DNA of 64,000 nucleotides. It comes from Nemertoderma westbladi (taxonomy: Eukaryota > Animalia > Xenacoelomorpha). Within the stretch, counting starts at the first letter, position 1. Each line of letters begins with the position of its first letter. The notes under the pieces were generated by a model. The model was not told the DNA's origin, did no database searches, and worked only from the letters and a program-made list of their open reading frames with translations. The stretch is taken from positions 24,550 to 88,549 of the forward strand of contig JAUCBJ010009081.1 of NCBI GenBank assembly GCA_032718475.1, in the 5' to 3' direction. Shown here piece after piece: positions 1 through 12,119 of the stretch. The position numbers were made by a program, and so were the translations under genes.

Positions 1-72
1 TTATATTTCACTTTGCAGTTACCCCCACGTGAAGAATACCAGGTTTTCACCAAAAACGCAGGTTACAGAAGG
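1..72. mobile_element. Partial copy of the short TIR element family seen at 37094-37379
   Basis: 1-72 (ttatatttcactttgcagttacccccacgtgaagaataccagg...ggttacagaagg) closely matches ~37126-37205. Confidence 0.7.
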
Positions 73-925
73 ACTATCTACTACAGTAATGAACACCTCT
101 AAAATGTTATAATGTTAATGCTGTAATGTTAATGGTCTGGTTTGTACTGACTGTATTACTGCATGGTAGACACATTTATAGCCTTTATACAGTATAAGTA
201 GTTAGGCAAACTCTGCAAGATACATTTCAGTAGAGAATCGAAAGGCGATTCCAATGGTACCAAAAGTTTTACTTCAAATTTATTTGGTAAGAAGTTCTAA
301 AGAATCTAAAGTCATTACAGCAGTGGACATTACTGCTTTTTACATTTTCGGCTTATTTTATTTACCTGCAGCCAATCCCGCTAAAATGGTTAGAGAGTCG
401 TTACTTTTAGAAAGAACTAAGTTGAATGAAATAAAATCACCCTCAGCAAAGAAAAAAAAAAGCATTGGCATCTTAGCATCTTAGCGTACAGCAAAATAAA
501 ATAAATATAACAATAAACAAAAATAAAATAACAAGCTATATAACATTGGTGTGAGAAAGTTGTCAAAAAAAATAACAAATACAGTCCCAATCCCAATAAA
601 CATTAACTTGGTCGTTTTGGCGGCCAAAATGACCAAAATCACCAAAAAAATGTAGTGTATTCCTATGGGCTACTTGGTCGTTTTGGCGAAGCGATTTAAC
701 TCGAATCAGCTCAATCCAGACAGTCTGTCTCCTTGGCCATCCATTTGGTGGATCTGACTAAATGTCGGCTCGCTTTCATTTTTATTATTGACAGATTGTT
801 AACTTACCCGGCGCTGAGCCTTGCAGTACTGGAGTCCGCCCACTGAGGCATTGATAGAGTACACAGTCTTATAAAAGGAGTTGAATGGGGCTTCGTTAAA
901 GGAGGAGTATGTATAATAATCTAAA

Positions 926-1140
926 CGTCCCGAAATTAATTTATGGACGTCCCGAAATTAACTTATGGACGTCCCGAAATTAACTATATGGACGTCCCGA
1001 AATTAACTTATGGACGTCCCGAAATTAACTATATGGACGTCCCGAAATTAACTTATGGACGTCCCGAAATTAACTTATGGACGTCCATAAATTAATTTAT
1101 GGACGTCCCGAAATTAATTTATGGACGTCCCGAAATTAAT
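926..1140. repeat. 22-23-bp minisatellite (ggacgtcccgaaattaacttat), ~10 copies
   Basis: Direct reading; a partly inverted copy follows at ~1181-1208. Confidence 0.9.
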
Positions 1141-1297
1141 CTATCCACCAATCTGAATCGTAATGAAATAACTAATTAATGGACGTCCATAAATTAATTT
1201 CGGGATGTTAATTTCGGAAATTAATTTGCAATAATATTTTTTTTATAATAAAAATTTTTTTTAATATTTTTTACAATGTATAATTCGCGGACACTGC

Positions 1298-1709
1298 GGG
1301 GTGACTACAAAACAAAGACCCAATTATAAAGACCTGCATAATCTTGTTACATGTGTTAACTTTCGTTAATTGTTTTGAATCCCCCGTCACGCCTCTGTAA
1401 CTTGCTCCTTTACTAACCTGCTCCTTTAAATAGCAATGGTACATAACGCTCATTGTGACCTGTACAAAACAAAGAGGTAAAGTCGCGTTACGTCCCAAAG
1501 AGCGTTAGGTTCCAAAGAGCTTTAGGTCCCATTGCCAGAGAGCGTGAGGTCACATCAGCACATTGCCATTTAAAGGAGCAGGTTAGTAAAGAAGCAGGTT
1601 AAAGAGGCGTGTTGGGGAACCAAAACAATAAACGAAAGTTAACACATGTGTTTTGTATTTGTACAGGTCTTTATTATTTGGGTCGTTGGTCTTTGTTTTG
1701 TAGTCACCC
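1298..1709. repeat. Imperfect long inverted repeat (MITE/foldback-like), arms ~140-150 bp
   Basis: gggtgactacaaaacaaagacc...cctgctcctttaaatagcaatg is mirrored by cattgccatttaaaggagcagg...ggtctttgttttgtagtcaccc; short cccaaagagcg repeats in the spacer. Confidence 0.7.
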
Positions 1710-2834
1710 GACACTGCGGTGTTGCGTGGGGGCCACCAATCCACCCACCCACACTCAACCTCCAACTTCCTGGACACTAGGATACTGAGTGAAAGCGTCT
1801 GAAACTACTACAGGAACTCCATGACAGACTATGGGCTAGCGACTAGGGACTGGCGCCCTTGAACATGTAAACTGTAGGGGCCTAGTACCTACTTTACCAT
1901 CTACCTTAAAGTGACCTGTGGGACCAGCCCATTATTAGTGAGGTCGGCATTTCTCTTTATCCTGCCGCTCTCTTTGTATTACAATAGCATACAGCTAACC
2001 AATGGCAATGGTCTCCCCCCAGTGCGGGAAAGACAAGCAGGCTACCATTGAAATGAATAGGGGAAGGATAATATGGTGTGTTCGTGTTCCCATCCTAATG
2101 TCTGTCGTCTTGGCTCAGCTAAGCTTAAACAGAGCCACAGCCTTACAATAGAGTTTTACCTAAATACACTTCCAGTGAGCCAAGCAGTAGTGGCGGGTTA
2201 GCTCCAAAATGCCCATGTAGGATTTTTTCGAAAAAGGACCATCAATAATAGTCAACCCCATCTGCTTAAATTTGAAGAAAATAATTAGATAATAATACTC
2301 ATAATTAAAACTATTACATAATTATTATAACTCTAGTAAACAAAACAATATATCATTCGGGGGATGGAATATATAGGTCATCTAATTAATTGTTTAAAGA
2401 TTTAGCAAACAATACAGTGTAATTGAATTGATGAAATCCATAAATAAAACGTGGATACAAAATGTAAAATCGGGATGAAAAATATAAATTTCTGAGCTAA
2501 GAAAGGGAAATTGGATACTGTACAACTTGTCTGGATAAAAGCGGTCCTTTACCTTACAAAATGAAAAATAAACGTGCGAAATGGGGGGTTGGGGAGGGAA
2601 TGTCCGGAAATCGAAGACTTTTTATATCTGCCAACATCCTCGGCTTTACTTACACTCAGCCTCTATTCACTGGCTGTGATTGACAAGCCAACTTGCCTCA
2701 GAAGTTCCTTTCATGAATGCCGCAATTTATATTTGGCCATTTTGGTCGTTTTGGCCGCAAAAATGACCAAGTTAATGTTTATTGGGATTGGGACTGTAGA
2801 ATAGCCGCCTAATTTGAAATATAAATATAAATAC

Positions 2835-2976
2835 CTTCATATCCAGATGAAGAATGTTCCTTTCGTGCATAAACTTGGTACCTTCTAGAATTTGGATTAG
2901 GAAGAATATGCACATCCTTTCGGTTAGTTCAAACTCCTCGTCGATAACTCGTTCGAACAATTCGCCGCCTTCCAAC
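2835..2976 (-). CDS. MYLK: Myosin light-chain kinase-like exon (kinase subdomains V-VIb)
   Basis: Encodes LEGGELFERVIDEEFELTERMCIFFLIQILEGTKFMHERNILHLDMK, typical of MLCK; AG acceptor at 2978-2977, GT donor at 2834-2833; phase 2 start joins the upstream exon (AT+G = Met). Confidence 0.92.
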
Positions 2977-3160
2977 CTGAAATAATAAGCAATTTAAGAA
3001 ACACCGAACAAGTTTACTGGTTGAAATAATTTTTTTTAATGTGATTTATTGTGTGATACATGAAATATAAATATTCGATTTGCTCACAGATTGGTAGTGA
3101 TGGCCACTTGGTGGCGGATAGCTTCGGTACCGGCACATGAAATAGGTGTGAAAACATAAG

Positions 3161-3192
3161 ACACGAAGTGGGGCCTTCGCGCAACACGTGAC
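3161..3192. repeat. Dispersed repeat shared with 58734-58764
   Basis: acacgaagtggggccttcgcgca(a/g)cacgtgact at both loci, each followed downstream by ctaatcacttt. Confidence 0.6.
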
Positions 3193-4336
3193 TAACTCAT
3201 GTTACGTGACAACTCGAAAGAATTATAAAAAAGATACATGTAGATGTTCCCTAATCACTTTACCACTTCGAGGGAGACTCGGTAACTGCAATGTTAACTT
3301 TAGAACTTTGTAATTGTTGATTTTATTATATGCAAATACAATAATAGTAGGGTTGCTGGCCTTATAACTGATAAATAGCCCCCGTGGTTAAATAATTATT
3401 TATTGCAAAATTTCACAATACAAATTGAAGTGAGTGATGAGGATCAATATAATCACGCCACAACAATTATCTGTAAAAATTTCAATGTGTGCACTAACGT
3501 TCGTTACCACGCAACCGTTCCAAACATTTAAAATTCTTATTGTTATGTTATGATACCAATTTATAGCTGCTCTAACTGTAACCTACTGTACCTACTGTAC
3601 GTGCGTTCACATTCGATAGGTACCGAGACGGCTGGTATAACTTTTTTGAGTCCACGAAATATTTTAAATCTCATCAGAAATTTCACACTCATTTGTAAAA
3701 CAAAAAGAGATGCAGTATTTTTTCATATACATGCAAGTACGCGCTTCGTAATGTTAGAATACACTCACTCACTACTTTCGGCCGTCTAACAAAACCATAA
3801 AACCGAACCCCAATAGGGTCTGTTGACATTTTTAGCCGTGGGGAGCGTCACCATAATACTATATTATATTTATAACCAAATCACCCAGGAAACTGTAAAA
3901 TTGTTCTTTACACAGAATCATGTAAAAAGTATAGGGAAAGGAGAATATGTCCCCTGGTATGTCAACGCGGCGATATGGAAACCTGGCTTCTTCTGGGGGA
4001 GTAAAGAAAAAGGGTTGGATATTTACAGAGTGTTCACCCTTTGGGAGTTAGTGTGAAGACCTCCCTGCCTTATCCTTATAGGTAACAGCCAAGAGAGAGG
4101 AGCCTTCGTGTTGCGTCCGATGTTTCGTGTTTCACACGTTCACCAATAACTTCGTATGAAAGCGTATCTCATGCAGTGCACTACAGTCGTGCACTATTCT
4201 TCGACGTTCTGACTGCTGGCTGACCTTGAACCCAGCAGTGTATGATCTTATTCTATCATTCTATGTCACTCAAATAACATGTATTTATGTTTTGTATGGT
4301 AAACATTATCTCTCTTACTCCCGAGGGAATATAATA

Positions 4337-4342
4337 TTTATT
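4337..4342 (-). terminator. Candidate polyadenylation signal (AATAAA) of the ANKRD53-like gene
   Basis: tttatt on the + strand, ~90 nt downstream of the stop codon at 4431. Confidence 0.4.
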
Positions 4343-4430
4343 GTGCACTGAATGTAGTTATGGCAAATTTATCACGTACTGTCTGTGCATACACATTATA
4401 AAATTAGCAAAATTATAAAGAGTCATGTAC

Positions 4431-5669
4431 TTATTTCGTTACTTCGACACCATTCCGTATGTGAGGTATGTAACTTTCTTTGTTTCGATATATGGGAAGT
4501 CTTTCTTGCGATACCCATTGCTGAAACCAATTAGGGAATTTATCCTCATGTAAATTAATATAAGATGATGCCGATGTGGATGCTGATTGGCTGGAGTTGG
4601 CAGCTGATTGATCCCTGGACTGTTTGCGGAAATGAACGTGTTTCTTATGGTTAAGGGGGATTTCAACTTCCCTTAGTATTTTCCCTGTGACGGAGGAATG
4701 TTTCTGAGGAAAACGTTTCAGTTTCGGTATGTCGATAACGTTGTGGCAGGCAAACGTCAACTCACGGTCGTTTCTCTTCGGAAACAGAACCGCTTCTATT
4801 AATCCCGGCGGTAGTTCGGGTTCGCGTAACACTAACTCGTCGTCACTCAACCCCGATGGTTCCTCGGCGACAGAGGGTATGTTACTTGCGTTCGCCTTAC
4901 CGTCAGCCTCTGTGTTGTTCGCCACTCCTCGCTTCCGATTTTTAGGAGAAACATTAACAGCATCGTTTGGATTCTTAAACCAGTTGTTGAACGCCAAATC
5001 GCCTTCCGATTTGCGAATGACCCGTTTCGACACTTCGATATCATCCAATAGTTCTTCCTGGTAGTTTTTAATAGATTTTAGGTATTGAATATCATTTTGT
5101 TTTTTATTGTTTGCCAGCTGCCACTCGGCGTGCGCCAAGGCGCGAGCGCAATCCCTGTGGCCCCACAACCGCGCCAAATCGACGGGAAGATGACCCCGTA
5201 GGTCTCTCCGATCGATCCGACCCCGAGATTTAATGATCTCTTCGAGGCAGTGAAGGTGTCCCTCCTGGGCAGCCTGGTGGGCGGGGCTGGTTCCATCTTC
5301 ATTGCTAAGACTAGTATCCGATCCATTCTCCAATAGGTAATGACATATTTTGTAGGCGTTCCTACCGGTTTGATTGTTTATACACAGGAGTAGAGCCGTC
5401 CACCCGTTGGCGCTAGGTTGGTTCACATCGGCGCGGCATTCATCCACAAGGTACTCGACACACGCGTAACGCCCTTGTAACGCGGCCAGATGTAACACTG
5501 TCATTCCGTTCTTGTCCAACAGTGTGCTTTTCTCCTGGTCTCCGTTCATACACGATCGTAGCCACTTCAGATCGCCGACTCCCGCTGCCATGAATATATC
5601 CTCGCTGCCGCGTTTCTTTCGCCGTGTCGTCGACGGCAGTGACGGGGTTACTTGTTTTAACTCGGCCAT
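4431..5669 (-). CDS. ANKRD53: Ankyrin repeat domain-containing protein 53-like, 412 aa, intronless CDS nested in a MYLK intron
   Basis: About 4 ankyrin repeats (NGMTVLHLAALQG, NGWTALLL, DGTSPAHQAAQEG, GHLPVDLA). The motifs FMAAGVGDLKWLRSC and LARLWGHRDCARAL..AEW resemble ANKRD53 (recalled FAAAVGNVEWLRFC / KIWNHRACARFL..AMW). Confidence 0.85.
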   Translation of the reverse strand: MAELKQVTPSLPSTTRRKKRGSEDIFMAAGVGDLKWLRSCMNGDQEKSTLLDKNGMTVLHLAALQGRYACVEYLVDECRADVNQPSANGWTALLLCINNQTGRNAYKICHYLLENGSDTSLSNEDGTSPAHQAAQEGHLHCLEEIIKSRGRIDRRDLRGHLPVDLARLWGHRDCARALAHAEWQLANNKKQNDIQYLKSIKNYQEELLDDIEVSKRVIRKSEGDLAFNNWFKNPNDAVNVSPKNRKRGVANNTEADGKANASNIPSVAEEPSGLSDDELVLREPELPPGLIEAVLFPKRNDRELTFACHNVIDIPKLKRFPQKHSSVTGKILREVEIPLNHKKHVHFRKQSRDQSAANSSQSASTSASSYINLHEDKFPNWFQQWVSQERLPIYRNKESYIPHIRNGVEVTK

Positions 5670-6469
5670 CGTATTAACTGGATGGGGTTGAACGAACTGT
5701 TTTGGAAATTATAATATAACATAAAGTATAATGTGTATGGTGGGTAATTATTATATTAGTGTATTACTATTAAAGTTTCAGATGATATTTTTTTGAAAAT
5801 TTATTCAAATATAAAATACACTTTACTTTATTTATTTGTATTTAATTTTAAATTAATTATTTATTTGTACTTTATTTTAAATTAATTAATTGTATCTTAG
5901 CTTTATAGATTGATAGATAGGTTTAAACAATAGATTTAAAACATAAATAAACACTAATTAATATACTTGCTATGAATGAATTCAAGTTTTATTCATTTTG
6001 AATATTTCTTATTTCATATCTTATTTGTATTCTGTATATCATTTTAGTTTGAAGTTTCACTTAAGGCGATTGTTTTTATAGTGCGCTCACCAATAAACGT
6101 AACTTATGAGTGTGTTGAGTAATTTAAAATATTATACTTTTTTATGTTTGACAATTTATTTACAAATAATAAAAAGTATGTTAAGTTAACTTAACGTTAA
6201 GTATATCAAAATAAAAGTTCGGGCCTACACCAACACCAGTAATAATGATAATAAAACGTTTAATGTGAGATGGGAGATGGCCCAGTGTAGTTTCAAATTT
6301 ATTTTAAGTTTTACATGTAAATTTAAATATTATATTATTATTGTAATGAAAAAAAAAACAGTACGATTTGGAGATAAATAATATGTTGGTATCATTTCAT
6401 TTAGTATAAATAGGGTTACGTTGAATGTATTTGGCAGTGAAAAAAATTAGCTTAACTTTGTTTATAATA

Positions 6470-6482
6470 GTTGCTAGGCAAC
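6470..6482. promoter_or_regulatory. RFX X-box (GTTGCTAGGCAAC), candidate promoter element of the ANKRD53-like gene
   Basis: Quasi-palindromic match to the RFX consensus ~800 bp upstream of the ATG; a candidate 5'UTR intron (GT at 6419-6418, AG at 5699-5698) would put the TSS next to it. Confidence 0.55.
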
Positions 6483-7008
6483 ATCCACAGAACCGTACAA
6501 TAAAGTAAAGGTTTGCTTTTAATATTTACAGCATATTGATATCTTTATGATGTAAGCTGTTCAACTATATCAACCGATATATTATATATCATATGAAATT
6601 GAGAAAAATAGAAATAAGAAAAAGAAAATTACCCCATGAATTACAACTTAATATTTAATGCTGAATTAATTCAACATTTTCCATTCGTTATTCTTCAGGT
6701 GCCAACAATGTTATTGCACTTATTTTTATCGTGGCCTCTCTCAAATTGTCTTTCTATCTCATGTGTCTATCTCTATGACCTGCTCCGGTATGTGACAGGA
6801 CAGAAATCTTGTAATTTGCTTCATAAGGAGTGCAGCCATTCAGGACACTGTCTATATTGTATCGAAGCAAACGACACAGGTGTTATCGCCAGGGCGAGGA
6901 TCGGTTGGGGGGATGGCCTGCGGGTTGGTGCGAGGGGGGTCGGGGCCTTGAGGGACGGAGAGCGGGCGAAAAACGGATGGTTTCGAGGGGACTGGGGCCC
7001 TAGGGGGG

Positions 7009-7210
7009 CACTGCAGACCCAGAGGGGGCGGTGGGACGCGACACTGCAGACCCAGAGGGGGCGGTGAGATGCGACACTGCAGACCCAGCACCCAGAGAGG
7101 CGGTGGGACGCGACACTGCAGACCCAGAGGGGGCGGTGAGATGCGACACTGCAGACCCAGCACCCAGAGAGGGGGCGGTGGGACGCGACACTGCAGACTC
7201 AGAGGGGCGT
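7009..7210. repeat. GC-rich ~33-42-bp minisatellite (cactgcagacccagagggggcggtgggacgcga), ~5-6 copies
   Basis: Direct reading; explains the repetitive short ORFs here. Confidence 0.85.
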
Positions 7211-7258
7211 GAAGCGGGGGAAGGCGAGCGTTTGATCCGTTTCTTTGAATACACATTT

Positions 7259-7470
7259 CTCAGGAGGTCGTGGGTTCGATCCCCTCAGGCTGACAAGGGC
7301 AGAAACTATCCGATCTACGACAGTCCGGCACGTTAGCTGAGACGGAAGTTGGTCGCAGCTGTTGGAACTAATTAATGTTTATGTAACTGAACCATTAACC
7401 AATGGATTATTCCATCAGGAGTCTCTTAGAGAGGAGTCTCCTCACTGTTGAGAGGAAGTCCCATTTATTT
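7259..7470 (+). mobile_element. Possible tRNA-derived SINE fragment
   Basis: B-box-like gggttcgatccc at ~7272; ends in aagtcccatttattta, similar to aagtcccactttatttatt at ~9077. Confidence 0.3.
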
Positions 7471-9878
7471 AAAGCTGCACTCGTTTATATTACTTGATAT
7501 GTAATTTTAATTAATAACCATTTAATCTTAAAAAGACGTATAATCTAACACCTTATACGAGTGCAAGGCGTTTAACCATCCGAGCGTTATCGAGTAATTT
7601 TAATAGGGTCGATAAATGTAATCTTAATCTTAGTAACCTTTCCAGAGTGGAAAGGTTTACCGTGGAAGATCATTCTTTGGCCTAACTAACCTAAACGATT
7701 CTTCCATTCAAATGTAAACTTATTAAGTGAGCTAGATTACGACTTGGATTCGATATAATTTTATTTATATTATATATTTATTAAAACAAAAAGTTTAATG
7801 ATAAATTAAAAATTAAATTTCAATTATCTCTAATGATTTTAATTGATTGTAGCAAGAGTACTTCGGGATGTGAGGTAGGCCTCGCCTACTGTTGCACCGG
7901 TACAGTATACAGCTCGCCAATAAAATGAAAGTAAGTGGTGGGTGACCGGTTGACCTGTATCGGGTCTACCGGAAATGGGTCTAACTCGTGTGATGATGAG
8001 TCCTATGTACGCCACTGGTATCCCACCCGCCGTAAAAGTTACTCGCGCAATCGCCGTATAAAGATATATTGTGCATCCCTTTTTTACCTACATGGCTACA
8101 TGTTACATAATATTTCCATCTTCGAATAAAATAGTAAATATAATAATTCAAACGTACCAGATGTTATCTGAATTCTGGCAGACTAATTATCCTCACGTGA
8201 CTACTGTAGTAAAGTAATGAATATTTTTTCAACATCGTTAACTGCCCATCTATGATGTTTTTGTCGAATTATTGATTATTTTTTGGAGACTAATTTCCAA
8301 GCGTCGGCGTGTTACCATTAATGCCACTGCGGGCTGTTGGGGGGTCATTTACCACCCGTTAGGGTAACAAACTGCGGGTGAACCACGACAATAACTACCT
8401 GAAACATGTTAGTTTAATAATGGGTGAGAATACTCACCCAGGTTCATACAGGTACATAGGCTTATATCTATGATTTCTAAAGGGAAGACCTATCGCTACA
8501 TTCACATTAATAACCAACGATGAAACCGGAAATTTCTTTGACACATTGTCCCGTCGCGTCGGGATCTAAATTCTAAAGTCCCCCGAGATCTAAAGTCTCC
8601 AACCCGCTCCCTAAGTATCGGGTAGCGAAGAGAGACGATAGATATCTTAATAGAGATGTGCAAATGTTTTAGATCTACAACTAACGACGCCCATCCCTGT
8701 CTATTCTAACTGCTCCGTCCATTGTAGAACCATTCTGTTATGTATTATCTGTCTGTAGGAATGAGCAAACTGTACTGAGATTGGTTTAGCATTTGGTTAT
8801 GATTTAGTATGTGTTGGGACATTAGTACCCGTCTATAATGGGCAACTTAGTGTAGCGGCTACTAAATATGTTCTAGGTAAGGGCGTCACAATCCGTGGAC
8901 GTGGCTTCCTGGACTTTACGAATTAACATCACCCGCTTAATAGGATCTACAGTAGCACGGGGGGGGGGGGGGGGGGGGGGGTGTAGTTGGGAACAAGCAA
9001 AGTATCCTTAATCGTTCCCTCGATTCAGTAATTCCATCACACCGATTTGCTCGTTTCTGTAATTGGTGTGAGATAAAGTCCCACTTTATTTATTAGGGCC
9101 TATTATATAAAGTCCCACTTTATATATTAGGGCCTATTATATACCGATGCGCCATATACATTTTGTTATGGAAATACGCGTAAATATATAATATATATCA
9201 AGCAAAGCAAACAGTCGGCCGAGGCTGGAGGCGACCGGAAGGCTCCTCTTTCGATAGCTAATACCCGAAGATCGGGGTGGGCGCTACTCATACTGTATAC
9301 CCTGTTATATTGTTAATGCTAAATTAATTGTTAATCGCTAATCCATAAAAACAGTTTTTATCATTTAGTTTGGATTATTTAGTTTTAATAACTATTTATC
9401 ACTATAACTATATATACCGGTAATATTGTAATTGCTGATTCTAGTTGTACGTTTTTTGCTTTAATGAAAAACAATTTAATTTTAAATTAATAATAAGAAT
9501 GCTATGCAGACACTAAGATCCTACCATTAGCGGTATGAGTCTGACATCGCTGCATTACCGGGATATTACAGAGATATTTTTGTCCGAGGGCACTTGATAC
9601 TTGATCTCGCGGGTACTAAAGTCTACCAATCATTCTACTGTAAATTGTGCACCTTTCTAGACTTTCGCATTGAATTGAGATGCAAAGTGTCAAACAATAT
9701 AATTCTTTCTATGTGGCGGGATTAAATGTAATTAATGCCGTAAACACCGTAAAGAGACACATTTATATGCAAGAACTCTGAGGTTTTATAATAAATATAA
9801 AGCATTAAATATATGGAAAACTAAGATTAATTAATATTAGCCGCATTCATCTCGGCTGACTCACGGAAATATTTGGTG

Positions 9879-9991
9879 ATGTCGGCTGAGTGAGTAGGCT
9901 GATGTCTGCTGAGTGAGTAGGCTGATGTCTGGTGAGTGAGTAGGCTGATGTCTGCTGAGTGAGTAGGCTGATGTCTGCTGAGTGAGTAGGC
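9879..9991. repeat. 23-bp minisatellite (gatgtctgctgagtgagtaggct), ~5 copies
   Basis: Direct reading. Confidence 0.9.
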
Positions 9992-10115
9992 CTAGTGGTT
10001 GTTTAACGCGAACAATCCAATAAAACTTCCAGACTCCTCCAGTTGCCATACGGATTAGTTCGAAGTTATAAATCAATGAAGAACTCCTAAACTACTATAA
10101 ATCAGTCTCACTCAC

Positions 10116-10319
10116 ATTTCCAATATAAGAATAATTTCCTTTTTATATTTGAAGGCGTCGTAAAGCTGCAGCAGTCTGGGATGTTGTAATTCTTTCATTA
10201 TCTCGATCTCATTAATACAGGCCTTAATTTCGTTTTGATCCATCGTTTGAATGAATTTCGCGGCTAAAATTTTACCCCCTTTTTTTTCTTTTGCTCGGTG
10301 TACAGCTCCAAATTTCCCT
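10116..10319 (-). CDS. MYLK: MYLK-like exon (kinase subdomains I-IV); not in the ORF track
   Basis: Manual translation: GKFGAVHRAKEKKGGKILAAKFIQTMDQNEIKACINEIEIMKELQHPRLLQLYDAFKYKKEIILILE(M); ttgcAG acceptor, GTgagt donor; 204 bp, phase 2 to phase 2. Confidence 0.92.
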
Positions 10320-10661
10320 CTGCAACAAACGCAATACCGGTCAGAATATTAGGTGTGTCCAGATGTCCTATAATGTTGGATATGCCACTCATGTTACCAA
10401 CTATATAAGCAATGATGTGTTCTACATTTATACGGTTCCAACTACCGTGTAATATCACTATTTAATAAAGGAATCCACTCACTGCTTCCGCCGGCATGTT
10501 CTGAGCCTGTTCCTAATATGTAATAATGTATATCATATAATAATATCTAATATAGTGCCTTTGTTTCCGGGTCTGCTGCCATTGTACCATTATTTAGACC
10601 GAACATAATAGGTTATGTAAATAAAAAAATTATAATATTATTGTTAATAAAATTATTGTAC

Positions 10662-10782
10662 CTTCCCAATTCCTCCATAACTTCATATATGTCTTTATAC
10701 GGTACATCGTTGTGCAAAACCACCTTACGGACTTCGAAAGGGGCCTCTACCTCGGCGAGATCATCAAACTCACCAGGAGCAG
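10662..10782 (-). CDS. MYLK: MYLK-like exon (pre-kinase linker and start of the kinase domain)
   Basis: APGEFDDLAEVEAPFEVRKVVLHNDVPYKDIYEVMEELG(R); tttcAG acceptor, GTac donor; splices to give the Gly-rich loop LGRGKFGAV. Confidence 0.88.
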
Positions 10783-11845
10783 CTGAAATAGGAAACACAA
10801 ATGCAAAGTAAACATATAAAATCGAAATAAATAAATGATGTAACAATGTTTGAGGATACACTCCGTATTAAATAATATGATAAAAACGCTTGGTGTGATT
10901 TAATTTTGCGTTGCGTCTTTAAGTACAGTACAGTAGTCGCCAGTCGCTTATTCCTGCGATTGAGTTTCTGAAAGTTGCATTTTAGAGTGCGATAAGAAGC
11001 TGGGTTTATTACAATAACTAATTAATGGGACAATAATTAATAATAATATGAACTAGGACTTAGCCCATAGTTTTAATTAATGTTGTAGAAGAAAGGATAA
11101 TAGTAATATTTATAATGTGTGACGGGGGGTTGGGTGGGGCTCTGCCGCAATCAAACAATCTCCATGCAAATAACAGCTGATCACTCCGAAAAAATAGGAT
11201 TTGGGTCAACACACCACCCCCCCCCCCCCCCCCCCCCCCCTCTCCTGTCGCAATATATAAAGTGAAGGTTTTTTTGGTGGGCTTGTTAGAAGTTATATAA
11301 TATTTTGTTATATATACAAAATATAATACTGCGCGGATTTGATGAGCCCAGCGGGTTAAACACCTTGACATCCATGACCTTTACCATTACAATTACAATT
11401 ACCATTATCATTTCATCATTTCATTTCATTACTTCAGGTCGCTTAGCAGATTAATGTGGACGTTCTGGACAAAAGTACCATAAATGGCCCAGGTGTAGTA
11501 ATAATTTAGTTTTCGTTTTTCCACACGAAACCAATTTTACAACATAATTTATAGGAGGTCTTTATTGTTTGGTCTTTATTTGTTTATGGAAACCAATATG
11601 CATACATTATGTAACAGCTGGTAGCTTCTTAGTAGGAGATGTTGGTCTATCAGACCGTTTGCTACATTATTTCATAAAACAGACCAATTATATACTAATA
11701 TAAACGAACCCCTCTAATGCACCAGGCAACAATGCATATATGTTTCGGTATTGATAGGATATTATATAACATAGGACGAGTGTATATTGTTAAATTCATT
11801 CAACGAAAGATTTTATTCTATATTGTTTGCCGTAACTCTACAATA

Positions 11846-11956
11846 ATGCTAAAGGCAACTATTATTCTAGTTTTAGCTCTGGCAGCAGTAGTTTTACCTG
11901 TGGAGAGACTTGGAGAGAACATTGGCGACTCAAACAAAATGGTTGAAAGAAACAAT
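11846..11956 (+). CDS. Exon 1 (signal peptide) of a secreted double-FReD protein
   Basis: MLKATIILVLALAAVVLPVERLGENIGDSNKMVERNN with a hydrophobic N-terminus; phase-0 GTtagt donor at 11957 is compatible with the acceptor before 24135. Confidence 0.65.
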
Positions 11957-12119
11957 GTTAGTTTGTTTTTAAGGCAGATTTATCATATGTATAATTATTT
12001 GTTGTAAGTGATACATGCATGCATAGAGTCTGCTAGTAAGACATAAGAACACACAACGAAATATTTTCTCTGCATTAGTATACTATGTAAGATAAGAGAG
12101 ATCATATCACACCACACAC

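Larger units (their letters stand above)
582..2796. mobile_element. Non-autonomous Tc1/mariner-type DNA transposon (~2.2 kb) in a MYLK intron
   Basis: ~58-bp imperfect TIRs (cagtcccaatcccaataaacattaacttggtc...) at both ends; TA at 580-581 and 2797-2798; CAGT termini; no transposase ORF. Confidence 0.8.

Noticed and set aside
4110-4147. Possible minus-strand hammerhead (ttggtgaacgtgtgaaacacgaaacatc)
   Set aside because: Core deviates from CUGANGA at essential positions and stems I and III are not evident.
7259-7300. tRNA gene
   Set aside because: Only a T-arm/B-box-like motif; no cloverleaf. At most a SINE remnant (likewise ~39443).
6636-7336. Overlapping ORFs on both strands
   Set aside because: Explained by the GC-rich minisatellite; no domain-like sequence.
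10264-10458. 64-aa ORF from the track
   Set aside because: Wrong frame; the real coding sequence is the kinase exon 10319-10116.
8959-11240. Long poly-G/poly-C tracts as functional G-quadruplexes
   Set aside because: Scattered through the window, often within repeats; lengths are error-prone and there is no positional pattern.
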